Source: Raja brachyura
Lineage: Eukaryota
Direction of reading: 5' to 3'
NCBI GenBank assembly: GCA_963514005.1
Contig: OY740805.1
Coordinates: 28,954,001 to 29,018,000 of the forward strand
Length of the DNA: 64,000 nt
Part shown: one piece after another, positions 12,131-25,094 of the stretch
Position numbering within the stretch: position 1 is the first letter of the stretch
Layout: each line of letters starts with the position of its first letter
Notes under the pieces: generated by a model
What the model was told of the DNA's origin: nothing
Databases searched by the model: none
Seen by the model: the letters and a program-made list of their open reading frames with translations, nothing else
Program-made: the position numbers and the translations under genes

Positions 12131-15100
12131 ATGTATATATACAGTTGCTGTATTTCGGTGTTAAATCATGCCAATGTTGACATTTGACGAGGTTGTACCA
12201 TTCAAGATTTAGCCTCGCAGACCCAATTTGATTTTGAGAATATGTATGATGATATAATTTCCTGTGCATTGTGTAGAGTTGCTCTGAAGACAATTTGGTG
12301 GTGTGAGAGCCTCCTTCTCCAAATCTGAAGGCTAAAATTTGCTACCATGGCTTTGGCTCCAAGTCGCAGGGAAAATTTGACCAAACAGTGAATTTCACCA
12401 AACAGTCTGAAGAAGGATCTCGACCTGAAACATCACCCATTCCTTCTCTCCAGTGATACTGCATGTCCTGCTGAGTTGCTACAGCATTTTGTGTCTATCT
12501 TGACCAAACAGTAGTTGTTCCACTGATATTCCATCACTCCAGAGCAATATACCTTAAAGAATTCCCAGAACAGTGTTGTTGCTGGGTGCTCTTTGTACAA
12601 TCGATTGGCACATTTTGTTGAAAGCCACACTGAAATGCTTTGGGTTGGCGAAGAAACAGCCTCGCACAGTTAAATAGCTTTGTTTAAAAAAAAGTTTACT
12701 TCAACAATTAAATCAAATCTAACTTCATGCACATTGCACTATAGCTGAAACAAACAGGAAATGGTGGAAATACACAGCGGCTGACAGCTCTTAATCAACA
12801 CGACCACAAGACTTAATGTAACAGTGGTTTGCTTCACGGTGCTGTTGCTTGCTCGGTGCTCAGTAAGATCATGGCATCTGAATTTACCTTTACCTCTACT
12901 CTCCTTAGTTTAGAGATACAGCGTGGAAACCATTCCTTCAGCCCACTGAGATTGAGTTCAAGTTCACATTTATTGTCACATGCACTTATTGAGGTACAGT
13001 GATATTTGAGTTACCATACAGCCATACTAAGTGAAATGTAACAATACGCACAGCCACATAAAATAAAAATTAACATAATCATCCTCACTGTGATGGAAGG
13101 TAATAACGTTCAATCATCTTCCTCCTTTGTTCACCCGTGGTCGGGGCTGTTGAACCCTCTGCAGTCGCCACTGCCGACGGTCTGATGTCCGAAGCCCTCG
13201 CGTCGGGATGATCAAAACTCCGGGGTCGGCACGGATTGGAACTCTCCACGGCATGGAGCTCTCGAGTCGGTCTCTGCTTACTGGAGACCGCAGGCTTCAC
13301 GCTGTTAAAGTCCACAGGCCCCGCGGTTGGAGCTCCTTCACAGGCGATCCTCAGCAATGGATCGCAGGCTCATTTGATGTTAAAGTCCACGATGGAAGCC
13401 ATGGCATCACCTCCATGTCTCTATTTCACTGAGTTCCCTCCTTAGAAATTATGGTCTTGCTGTGTATTTCCAACATTTCCTACTTGAATTTCTCCCATTT
13501 GCCTTGGCCTTGTAAACAATGATCTGGTTGGAAACAAGTTCCAGTACTCTCCCCCCAACAAACCAGCTCTAAGTATTCTGGTCAGCTCTAAGTATTGCAG
13601 CAAGCAGTTCAGCACAAAAGTCGGAGGTGCAATTCAAGGTGTAATTCAACCTGGTGGTTAGATTTCATGTATCAGACAGTAAATGGTGGGCAGAGAGTTC
13701 CTTTCCCTCCTTTGTTCTTGCCCCTGCAGTATCCAGATTGGGGTTGAATTTTATCTTATCGTCTATCGTGGTGAGCTGTGCCTTTCGATTTTGCTCTCCT
13801 CCACTGGCATCCAGTTCACGTAAATGTCTCTGTGGCTTGAAAGGAAAGAATGTCAGTGGACCGTGTGTTTAGATCTTGTGTTTATGTGACTCAGGCTTGT
13901 AACACATGGTGCAACGAATAGTGCAGAGGTTTGTTTTGGAGTACAAGGCAGTTTACAGACATGCACTGTCTTGGCACTGGGATAGAGTTTTGGTGCTGTA
14001 TAAATTCTGAAATGCCTGGTAAAAGAGATTATGTGCTATGAAGTATCATAACATGAATTTTCTCATGTTTAGTGGCCTTTGTACCACAAGACACGCAGAG
14101 CAAGGGCTGCAGACTTCTGCGTGTTATGGTCATCTCTGTCTTGTGAACTCTGCAGGGAGAGTACTTCACGGTAATACAGAGTTCACTATCATGGCTGAAG
14201 CTTTGTGCTGGAGGACTTGCCGTGGGAGGGCTTCTTTCACAGGGTTATAGACACGGCTATCGTCTGGTAAAACTGGTTGTTCTGTACAATGCGTTGGTAT
14301 CATTTCTGAGAATCACGCGCACATTTTTATTCACACCAAGTGTGGCATGGGACCACAATGGAGATAGAATACTACAGCATCTGCAGACAGGGTCCAAACC
14401 ACATTGAGTCGAACGATCTAAACCTCGCCTCGCTAAATGGACAAAGTATTTTGAGCATTTTTTAAGTACTTTTATGTTCCATGACGACTTAGCCCCTGCT
14501 TGCCTGCAATTTCTATCAGCCCTATAATCCCTCCAGAAACCGTCATCCTTGGCCTCTTGAACACCCACAATTTAAGCTTCATTCTTGGCGCATTCTATCC
14601 ACTGTCAAGTCACCAACTTCTGGAATTCCTTCCCTCTCTTATTGAACACTAGTTAAAATCTAACCGACTAAGCTTTCGTCATCTTCCTTAGCTTCGCCTT
14701 CATGCACAGTGACAGTTTTAGGTGTGAACACTATGATATTTCTTTGGACATTTCGCTATATTTTTGTTTTCACTTTTCCATACTCCACTCATCTTTTAAA
14801 TGTCTTTCTGGTTACTATTTCATTCAGCTTGGGTAATAATGCCTCGTATTCAGATGTTAGTGCGGTAGTCGTAATGCCCAAATAATTCGATGAGATTGAA
14901 ACTGGCGCGGTTAGATTCATGAGATCATGAACGGAGCCGAAACACTCAACGTGCAACAGAGGGAGAGATAGAGAATTACAAGAGAGCAATGCCCAGGGAA
15001 GAACGAACAGAACTAGGAGCAAACTGTCAGAAACGTTGAACGGCAACAGAAGCTAAATGAGGAAGTGAGAAAACACACAAAAACAAAGATGGCAGACAAG

Positions 15101-15749
15101 CTATAAAATGGGGAAACCCACAGAAAGACAAATAGGATTACAACAGGGGTTAAACATTTGTGAAACGTGAGAACCATGGAGACAAAGTTAGAGCCACAAG
15201 GAATTGTGGATGTTGAAATGTTGAACAAAATACAAAAGTACTGGAGGAACTGGAGCGACAATGGTATATATGCAGCAATCTCATGGGATTGGATGGAATA
15301 TTTTCTGCTGATCATAATGACGAGCAAAATCAAACTGTATAAGAGAAGGGTCTCAACCCGAAACATCACCTATTATTTTTCTCCAGAGATGCTGCTTGAC
15401 CCCTAAGTTACTCTTGCATTTTGTATCCATCTTCAGTATAAAACCTTTCTTGTACCCCATCTAATCTGGCCTCCAGGGATTTGTGAAATTGCCCATAATG
15501 AGGCTCTTAGTGAAGCAGGGATAAAACAATAACTTAATCACCCCAAAACTCAACAAAATAAGCCTTATTGGCTGAATCAATGGGTTCGGGGATCACATCA
15601 TTTTTTCAATTCTATTTTCTGGAACCGGATTCACTGACAAGGCCAGCATTTAATGCACATCATTAATTGCCCTTGAGAAGGTGGTGCTAAACTTCCTTCG
15701 TGCACAACAAAATTGTCGTTCTGAAACCTGCATAATAATGAACCACATA

Positions 15750-17371
15750 CAGTGGCTTGCAAAAGTTTTCATACCCCTTGAACTTTTCCACATTTTGTCA
15801 CGTTACAACCACAAACGTAAATGTATTTTATTGGGATTTTATATGATAGACCAACACAAAGTGGTGCATAATTGTGAAGTGGAAGGAAAATGATACATGG
15901 TTTCCAAATTTTATTACAAATAAAAAAACTGAAAAGTGTGGCGTGCAAACGTATTCAGCCCCCCCCCCCCTGAGTCAATACATTGTAGAACCACCTTTCG
16001 CTGCAATAACAGCTGCAAGTCTTTTGGGGTATGTCTCTACCAGCTTTGCACATCTATAGACTGAACATTTTGCCCATTCTTTGCAAAATTGCTCAAGCTC
16101 AGTCAGATTGGATGGAGAGCGTTTGTGAACAGCAATTTTCAAGTCTTGCCAGAGATTCTCAATTGGATTTAGGTCTGGACTTTGACTGGGCCATTCGAAC
16201 ACATGAATATGTTTTGATCTAAACCATTCCATTGTAGCTCTGGCTGTATGTTTAGGGTCGTTGTCCTGCTGGAAGGTGAACCTCCGTCCCAGTCTCAAGT
16301 CTTTTGCTGACTCTAACAGGTTTTCTTCCAAGATTGCTCTGTATTTGGCTCCATCCATCTTCCCATCAACTCTGACCAGCTTCCCTATCCCTGCTGAAGA
16401 AAAGCATCCCCACAGCATGATGCTGCCACCACCATGGTTCACAGTGGGGATGGTGTATTCAGGGTGATGTGCAGTGTTAGTTTTCCGCCACACATAGCGT
16501 TTTGCATTTAGGCCAAGAACTTCCATTTTGGTCTCATCAGACCAGAGCACCTTCCTCCACATGTTTGCTGTGTCCCCCACATGGCTTGTGGCAAACTGCA
16601 AACGGGACTGCCTTTGGCTTTGTTTTAACAATTACTTTCTTCTTGCCAATCTTCCATAAAGGCCCAATTTGTGGAGTGCACGACTAATAGTTGTCCTGTG
16701 GACAGATTCTCCTACCTGAGCTGTGGATCTCTGCAGCTCCTCCAGAGTTACCATGGGCCTCGTGACTGCTTCTCTGATCAATGCTCTCCTTGCCCGGCCT
16801 GTCAGATTAGGTGGACGGCCATGTCTTGGTAGGTTTGCAGTTGTGCCATACTCTTTTCATTTTCGGATGATGGATTGAACAGTGCTCCGTGAGATGTTCA
16901 AAGGTTGGGATATATTTTTATAACTTAACCCTGCTTTAAACTTATCCACAACTTTATCCCTGACCTGTCTGGTGTGTTCCTTGAGCTTCATGATGCTGTT
17001 TGTTCACTAACGTTCTCTAACAAACCTCTGATGCCTTCACAGAACAGCTGTATTTATACTGATATTAGATTACACACAAGTGGACTATATTTACTAATTA
17101 GGTGACTTCTGAAGGCAATTGGTTGCACTGGATTTTATTTAGGGGTATGAGAGTAAAGGGGGCTGAATACTTTTGTACGCCACAATTTTCAGTTTTTTAT
17201 TTGTTAAAAAAATTTGGAAACCATGTATCATTTTCCTTCCACTTCACAGTTATGCGCCACTTTGTGTTGGTCTATCAGAAAAAATCCCAATAAAATACAT
17301 TTCCGTCTGTGGTTGTAACGTGACAAAATGTGGAAAAGTTCAAGGGGTATGAAAACTTTTGCAAGCCACTG
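15750..17371 (-). mobile_element. Full-length Tc1/mariner DNA transposon with ~210-bp TIRs
   Basis: Termini CAGTGGCTTGCAAAAGTTTTCATACCCCTTGAAC and its exact reverse complement; TA at 15748-15749 and 17372-17373. Confidence 0.95.
15975..16991 (-). pseudogene. Tc1 transposase (DD34E-type), inactivated by two in-frame stops
   Basis: ATG at 16991 (MKLKEHTRQVRDKVV...); 339 codons in one frame; TGA at 16857-16859 and TAA at 16632-16634; motifs WSDETK, QQDNDPKH, SPDLNPIENLW. Confidence 0.92.
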
Positions 17372-18619
17372 TATCTTTATATTTGTAATCTCCTTTTTTC
17401 TTGTTTTCATTCTTTCTATTAGTTTATCGTTTCTCTTATCTCTTTCTTTCTTCATATCTTTTCTTTAAAAAAACATATGCTTTTAATAAAAGTATATATT
17501 TTTAAAAAGCATAAAAAAATAAAAAGATAAAAAAAATAAAAAAATGAACCACACTAAGATGACTCGGGAATCACAGATTGTGTTCCTCCTCACTTCCTTT
17601 AATTCTGAGCTATGACCTCAGGTCGAAGACTCAAACAACAGTGGAAACATCTTTTCCGCATCCACTCTATCTATGCCTTTTTTTAACACAGAAGGCATGC
17701 CTGGCAAATAAATATACAAAAAAAATTAGTTATCGGATTCGCTGAGTAACTCAAGCATTTTGTGACCATCTGAATTAAGACCACCAGTGAATTATCTGTG
17801 CTGGACGTAGAGGAAGAGTTAAAGCAGCGTTGCAGCAGAGAAACTAGATCAAGCGTCATACCTTTATGCAAGAAAATCAGCGAGGAAAGCAGATTTGATC
17901 AGTTGTAAACGTTACATTTTGTTAGTGTCACCTGTATTGCAGAGAGAAAAGGAGAAGAAACCTGAAAGAGTTACTCTGATCGTGGAAAAGAATGGTTTCA
18001 CATACTATGCGCTGAGTATTTGGACAATTTCAACCAAGTTACCATGAGATAATAGGGAGAAAATGCTGGAGTAAATCAGCGGGCCAGGGAGCATCTCTAG
18101 AGAAAAAAAAGACCATCGTGCAACCCATCGTGTCACCCACCGTGTCGTTCCAGCACTTTGTGTCGTTCATTGTAAACCCAAATCCGCAGCTCTTTGCTTC
18201 TACATTTTGTTTGTCAGATTATAACTGTAGTTTTGGTGCAAAATCCTTCACGTGGATTTACAAAAATGAATTGTCCAGGTTACATTTTGCCACCAAAACT
18301 AGGTCACAAGTAAACTCGTTATGAACAGCTAAAGTTTAATGTCTGTGGTCCTATCATTTTACAGAAAAGACAGATGGCTTGGAGAGACCTCCCTTCAAGA
18401 ACCCATCCTAGTGCTCCACCATTAATATTTAAACAGCAATTACTGAGGACTGATTGCTGAACAACCAAGTGCTCCAACCCATGTAATGTTTCAATATTCA
18501 CCCTGCCCGTATAACCCACAGACTTGGGCTCACATCGTAAACATCTGCCCTTACATCTATAAGTTTTTAAAGGTTCTTTGATTGGAAAATGTGCCGTTTT
18601 AAAAATTGATATAGATTAC

Positions 18620-20160
18620 CATAAATCTTCAGTTCTGTCACTGGTTCATGGACAGCCAGATTCATCCTAAAGTGAATTTCATACAGACCTTGATCATGTT
18701 CTGTTAGGTTCTGTATTTCCAGACTACAGTCCGACAGGTTTAACCTGATTCGCTGTTTGTTACATTGTGTTGGACTGTTTTCAGTTTTCATACAGAATTT
18801 AACCTTTTCTGTTGTTGGTGAATTGCGGTAATTCCAAGTGAGGATTGAAATGTTTTCTCCTTAGATACATCCTGGTGACGTGACTGACTGTCCCAGTGCC
18901 CCATTCACCAAGTGACGAGTGCCTGGTTTCCCAGCAGTCTGTCCCAGACCTGAAACACAAGGACAAGATATTAGTGCCATCAGCTCTGGCGTGTTAATGT
19001 TCATAGTTTCCCAGCCCAGCAGCGAGTTGTCCCAACCCTAAAGGACAAGGGCAACAGGCACATGAGTATTCCACCACCCATACAGATGAGGCTCTGAACG
19101 AATAATCTTATAAACCTAGAAAGTAGATGCAGGAGTAGGCCATTCAGCCCTTTGAGCCAGCATCGCCATTCAATATGATCATGGCTGATTATCCAGAATC
19201 GGTACCGTGTTCCTGCTTTTTCTTCATATCCCTTGATCCCTTTAGCCCAAAGAACTGTATCTAACTCTCTGTTGAATGCACCCATTGAATTGGACTGCAC
19301 TGCCTTCTCTGGCATATAAATCCTCAGGTAACATTTTGTACATGTTTAAAATATATCTATTACCTGGTATCTTCCATCAGAAGGATTTGGATAGGGACGA
19401 AATTCTCTTACTCCGAGGTCGGTGGAGTACGGTTCTCTGGACACAGAGATACAGCTAGGTAGGGCTCTTAAAGGTAGCGGAGTCGTGGGATGTGGGGAGA
19501 AGGCAGGAACGGGGTACTGATTGTGGATGATCAGCCATGAACACATTGAATGGCGATGCTGGCTCGAAGGGCCAAATGGCCAACTCCTGCACATATTGAC
19601 TATAGTCTATTGAAAGAAATAGCCCTTATTTTATTAGAGAAGTGCTGTTAGTGTGAACATGCCGGAAATCAATCCATTTAGATTCCCAGCACGGCAGTGA
19701 GTTGCCCCAACCCTAATGGGCAAGGGCAGCAGGTCCACCCATGGCAGCACCTCACATCTTCAATTTGAAGTTAGCAAAGGGGAACTGGGGCACCACGTGT
19801 TTTTTTTTACACCGAGAGTTGTGGGTGTCTGTAATGCGCTGCCAGAAATGGCGGTGGAGGGCAGATACGATGGTGGGCTTTAAGTGGCTTTTATGAAGGC
19901 ACATGGACATACAGGTCCATGTGCATAGATATGGATTATGTGCGGGCAGAGGAGTTTACATTAACTTGACATCATGTTTGCCAAGGGTGTTGTGGGCTGA
20001 ATGGCCTGTCTGTGTGCTGTACTGTTCTATCTAGCACACCTTCTTCCAACCTACCGCCACCCTCGCCCCGAGGTCAAGGCATGGACTCATCTCCAGAGTC
20101 GGTCAACAGCAGAAAAAGTATCCCGATGTGGGAGTGAATCCCAGGAACTCGCCTGGCCAT
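18620..20160 (-). pseudogene. CD2/SLAM-family pseudogene, copy A (leader 20091-20160, IgV 18620-18949)
   Basis: Leader MARRVPGIHSHIGILFLLLTDSG with donor GT changed to AT (ATGAGT). V exon has TAA at 18861-18863 where other copies have Ser. No C2 or TM exon found downstream. Confidence 0.85.
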
Positions 20161-20971
20161 ATCTTCTCAGAAGAACAGGTTGTTATTGAGACGCAAGATA
20201 CTGCAGATACTGGAATCTGTAGCAAGGAAAAAGATCTTAGCAGTTCCAGAAGCGTTTGTGGAGTCAGAGAAATGCTGGACAAGACCCGGATCAGACTTCG
20301 GAAGGTAGAGGAAAGATAGTTCATGTTCATAAGTCATAGGAGCAGAATTATGCTATTCAGCTCATGGAGTCTTCTCTGCCATTCAATCTTGGCCGAACTA
20401 TATTTCTCTCTCAACCCCGGTCTCCGGCCTTCTCCCCATAACGCGACACCCGCACTCTGATCCTAGACTCTCCCACTCTTGAAAACATTCCCTCCACATC
20501 CACTCTTTCCTGGCCTTTCACTATCCGTCAAGTTTCAGTGATAACCCCTCTCGCCCTTCTAAACCCCAGCAAGTACAGGCCCAATTCCATCAAACGCTCA
20601 TCTTATGTTGGCCCACTCATCCCCGCCATCATTCTATTAAAATATTTTATTTAATGCTGTATTTCTGAACTCAAATGTATGATTCCTTTTATGGAATCCA
20701 ACCATTCATTTCAACCAACCAACCAACAACAATTCATGTTTCCTTTTCCCTCATGTATTATCTCAAGTCAAGAGGCAAGGGTGCTTTATTGTCGTACGTC
20801 CCAGATGGAACAATGACATTCTTACTTGCAGCAGCACAACAAAATAGGTAAATATTGTACACTGTAAACAATATAATAAACGCACACACACATCCACACG
20901 CACACAAACACCATGATTGTTATTATTGCATTGTTATTGTTAGTTTTAAACATTTGCGTATTATGTGCGTG

Positions 20972-21016
<45 letters not shown>

Positions 21017-24000
21017 TTATTTATATATAAGCATATGCTGGTTTAAACCGAATATAGACACAAAATACTATATTCAGCGGAACACTCTGCAGAAGGGTCT
21101 CGACCCGTAACGTCACCCATTCCTTATATCCAGAGATGCTGCCTGTCCCGCTGAGTTATTGCAGCATTTTGTGTCTATCTTTTTTTAATATTCATAAATA
21201 TATTCGCACACATACGTATTTAATAGGCGTAACTGAATATAGAAACAAACAATAATAATGCAATAATAACAATAATAGTTTAATTTTGTTTCAAGATACA
21301 ACGCGGAAACACGCCCTTCGGCCCACCAAGTCCGCGCCGACCAGCTGTCGCCACACACTAACACTTTATCCTACACGCACGAGGGACAATTTACAATTTT
21401 ACCGAAACAAATTAACCTACAAATCTGCATGTCTTTGGAATGTGGGAGGGAACCGGAGCGTCCGGGGGAAAACTTACAAACTCCTTACAGACAGCACCCG
21501 TAGTCAGAATCGAACGCGGGTCTCCAGCGTTCTATGCCTATGCAGTTCAGCGCTTATTTGGAGGTTGTTGTAGTGTTGATGGGAATCTGGGAATGGTGCC
21601 GATGAAGTTAACAGTTCAATGATGCTGAGGCGTAAGTTCAATGTTCGCTACAGTGGTTGCAGAATTAATATTCAAATTCAGAACTTGGAGAATCAGCAAC
21701 TGGTTTTAATAATAGTCATAATCACAACCGTCGGAAAAGAGACATGAACTGGGTCAAGGTTTTTGTTTGGTTTAATATACAAATACAGCACAGAAAAATG
21801 TCCTTCGGCTCACCGTAACCACGTCTACCATCAATCACCCGTTCACGTTAGTCCATAAGCCCATAAATTCTCCAAGCAGAATTAGGCCATTCGGCCCGGC
21901 AAGTCTGCCCCGCCATGATAAACATTTCCCTCTCAACAGCATTCTCCTGCCTTTTCTCCATAAACACGAATCAATCAAACTCCGCCTTAAAAATATCCAT
22001 TGACTTGGCCTCCACAACCATCTCAGACTAAATAAATTCCTTATCACCTCCTTTCTAAATGAACGGACTTTTGTTCTGAGGATGTGACCTCTGGTCCTAG
22101 ACTCTTCCACTAGTGGGAACATACTCTTCACATGCACTCGCTATCCAGGCCTTTCACTGTTCGGTAAATTCCAATGAAGTCCACCCCCCCCCCCCCCCAC
22201 TTCATCCATCCACCCCCTACACACTAGGGAGAATTTACTGATGGCCAATTATCCAACAAAGTTGTAACCGGAGCACCAGGAAGAAACCTACCCAGTAACT
22301 AGCAAACTGTACATAGGCAGTACCCGGGGTCAGAATCGAACTCCGTTATCTGATGCCGTGAGGCAGCGGCTCTACCATCTGCACCACTTGCTGGTTTTCT
22401 CTGGGTGCTCCGGTTTCCCCCCGCACTCCAAAGATGTACAGGTTTGTAGGTTAATTGGCTCCAGAAAAATTGTAAATTGTCACAAGTGTGTAGGATAATG
22501 CTACTGTGTACGGTGTGATCACTTATCGGCGCGGACTAAATGCGCCGAAGGGCCTGTTTCTGCACTGTATCACTAAAGTATTAAAAGACGTTCAGTTAAA
22601 GTATCAGCCGAGACTTACAGTGGGGAGGATTTAATTCCAAGCACTATAACGTATTAGGTGTTGGTGAGTCCACATTTCCAATACTGTGAACAGTTTTGGG
22701 TCCCATAACTGAGGAAGGATGTGCAGGATGTACTGGCATAACAGAGGGCCTAGAGGAAGTTTACGAAAATGATCCCAGGGATGATCGGGTTAATTTCTGA
22801 GGAGCAATTGAAGACTCTGGGCCTGTAGTCGCTGAAGTGTAGAAGTATGAGGGGGCATTTCATTGAAACTTACTAGACAATGAAAGGTCAAGTTAGAACG
22901 GATGTGGAGAGGATCTTTTCTGTAGTAGAAAAATGGTCGAGACCCGAAACGTCACCTATTCCTTCTCTCCAGAGGTGTTTCCTGTCCCGCTGAGTTGCTC
23001 CATCATGTTGTGTCTATCTTTGGTTTAAACGAGCATCTGCAGTTCCTTCAAATATATATTTCCAGTAGTGAACGTTGAGGCAGGAATCATTGCAACGTTC
23101 AAGAAACAATTAGACAGATCCATGGATATGATGGGTTTGGAAGAATATGGGCCAAATGCAGGCAGGTTGTATTAGTGTAGGTGGGGCATGTTGGTCGGTG
23201 TGGGCAAGTTGAGCTGAAAGGCCTGTTTCAACGCTGTATTTCTCTATGACTCTACCTGCATATCCAGCTCCCCACTCACCAGTCTCAAAATTACCTGCCA
23301 CGCTTTGTTGTGCCTCTCCCCCTTTTGAGCCTTCTTCTCCCCCCACCTCCACCACATCAGTTTGAAGAAGGGTCTCGGCCCAATATAGCACAGTTTGGTT
23401 TACAGTTTTGTTTATTGTTACCTGTACCGAGGTACAGTGAAAAGCTTTTGTTGCGTGCTAACCAGTCAGCGGAAAGACAATACACGATTACAATCAAACC
23501 ATTTACAGTCACAACGAAATAACATTTAGCGCAAGGTAAAACAGCAAGGTCCGATCAAGGATAGTCTGAGGATCGCCAATGAGGGGGATAGTAGTTCAGC
23601 ACTGCACTCTGGGTGTAGTAGGATGATTCAGTTGCCTGATAACAGCTGGGAAGAAACTGTCCTTGAATCTGGATATGTGCGTTTTCACACTTCTATACAT
23701 TTTGCCTAGTTGGAGAGGGGTGAAGGGAGAGTGGCCAGGGCGTAACTCCTCCCTGATTATGCTGCTGGCCTTGCCGAGGCAGCGTGAGGTGTAGATGGTA
23801 TCAATGGAAGGGAGGTCGGTTTTGTGTGATGGTCTGGGCTGCGTCCACAATTCGCTGCAACTTCTTGGGGTCTTAGATGGAGCTGTTCCCAAACCAAGCT
23901 GTGACTTGAAACTGTGCCTCCTTTCCCAGCTCTCCAGAGATGCTGCCAGACCGGCTGAGTGACTCCAGCACTTTGTCCTTTTCTGATTATGCTTTATCGG

Positions 24001-24942
24001 TCACCGCCACGACTTTTCACTTTTACAGAAAGAAAAAAAAGGCAGAATAGTGTTGTCAGAGGATGTTACTGTGCGTTTTTCAACTTAAGTACGACATGGC
24101 CTCTGCCGCATCTTGTTCCAATCACAATGTTTATCTGATCACTCACGCGTATTTCTGTTCACGCTACGTGTGGTCTGGGACCGCAGTGGACGATAGAATG
24201 CGACAGCATCTGCAGCCAGGGTCCAAACCACACGAGTTGAACTATCTGCACATGACCTCGCTAATGGGACAACGTTCCTTTGGAGTATATAAAAATCAAT
24301 TTTTGTTCCATTCCAAATCTAGCCCCAAGCCTGCCTATTGTTTCAATCATCCCTATAATCCCCGCAGAATCCGTCATCTTTGGCCTCTCATCAGTTCATG
24401 TGATAGGAGCAGAATTAGGCCATTCGGCGCATCATCTCTACTACTCCATTGAATCATGGCTGTTCCATCTCCCTCTTAACCTAATTATCATACCTGCTCC
24501 CCATAACCCCTGACACCCGTAGTAATCGTGAATCTCTCTCCCGCTGTCATATAAAATCCATTGATGGCTTCCACAGCCTTCTATGGCAATTAATTCCACA
24601 AATTCGCCACCCTCTGACAAAATACATTCCTGCTCATCTGCTCCCTAAAAGATCCTCCCTTAATTCTGAGGCTCTAAACTCGAGTCCTAGTGTCTCCCAC
24701 TAGAGGAAACATCCTCTCCACATCCACTCTATCCAAGCCTCTCGCATATCCACAGTTTCACCATTTAATTCTTGGCGCATTCCATCCACGGTCAAATCCT
24801 TGAAGGGTAAGAGGACGGGTTGGGATAGTGGGAGAAATCGGCGCACAAACTGGTAAGGCAGAGGGAAGAGAGAAAGAGAGATGAGGGGGTGGGTGGGGGG
24901 GATATAGGGGAGGGGAGGTGGGGGGAGATGGGTTACAGATTA

Positions 24943-25094
24943 TTACCTGGATTTGTAAGGAGATAAATATTCAAAGGAGCTGACCTGTGCTGGGCTTGGC
25001 CTCTTGCAATACATGTAGCAAAAGATAGCTGAGATGAAAATGATTGTGGCGGCTGTAAAACGTACACGGTGCGATGCACTTAGTGGCTTATAAC
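24943..25094 (-). CDS. CD2/SLAM-family receptor copy B, exon 4: TM + short tail (GYKPLSASHRVRFTAATIIFISAIFCYMYCKRPSPAQVSSFEYLSPYKSR*)
   Basis: Acceptor ctcttcag; phase 1 matches the C2 donor; 18-aa hydrophobic run followed by KR. 3' end uncertain because of alternative donors. Confidence 0.7.

Noticed and set aside
15013-15369. Hydrophobic 118-aa ORF as a TM exon
   Set aside because: Starts inside a Penelope-like repeat; hydrophobicity follows from T-rich composition; no coherent splice sites.
17913-17962. Phase-1 mini-exon GFFSFSLCNTGDTNKM* after V of copy A
   Set aside because: No homolog in other units, and copy A is already disabled upstream.
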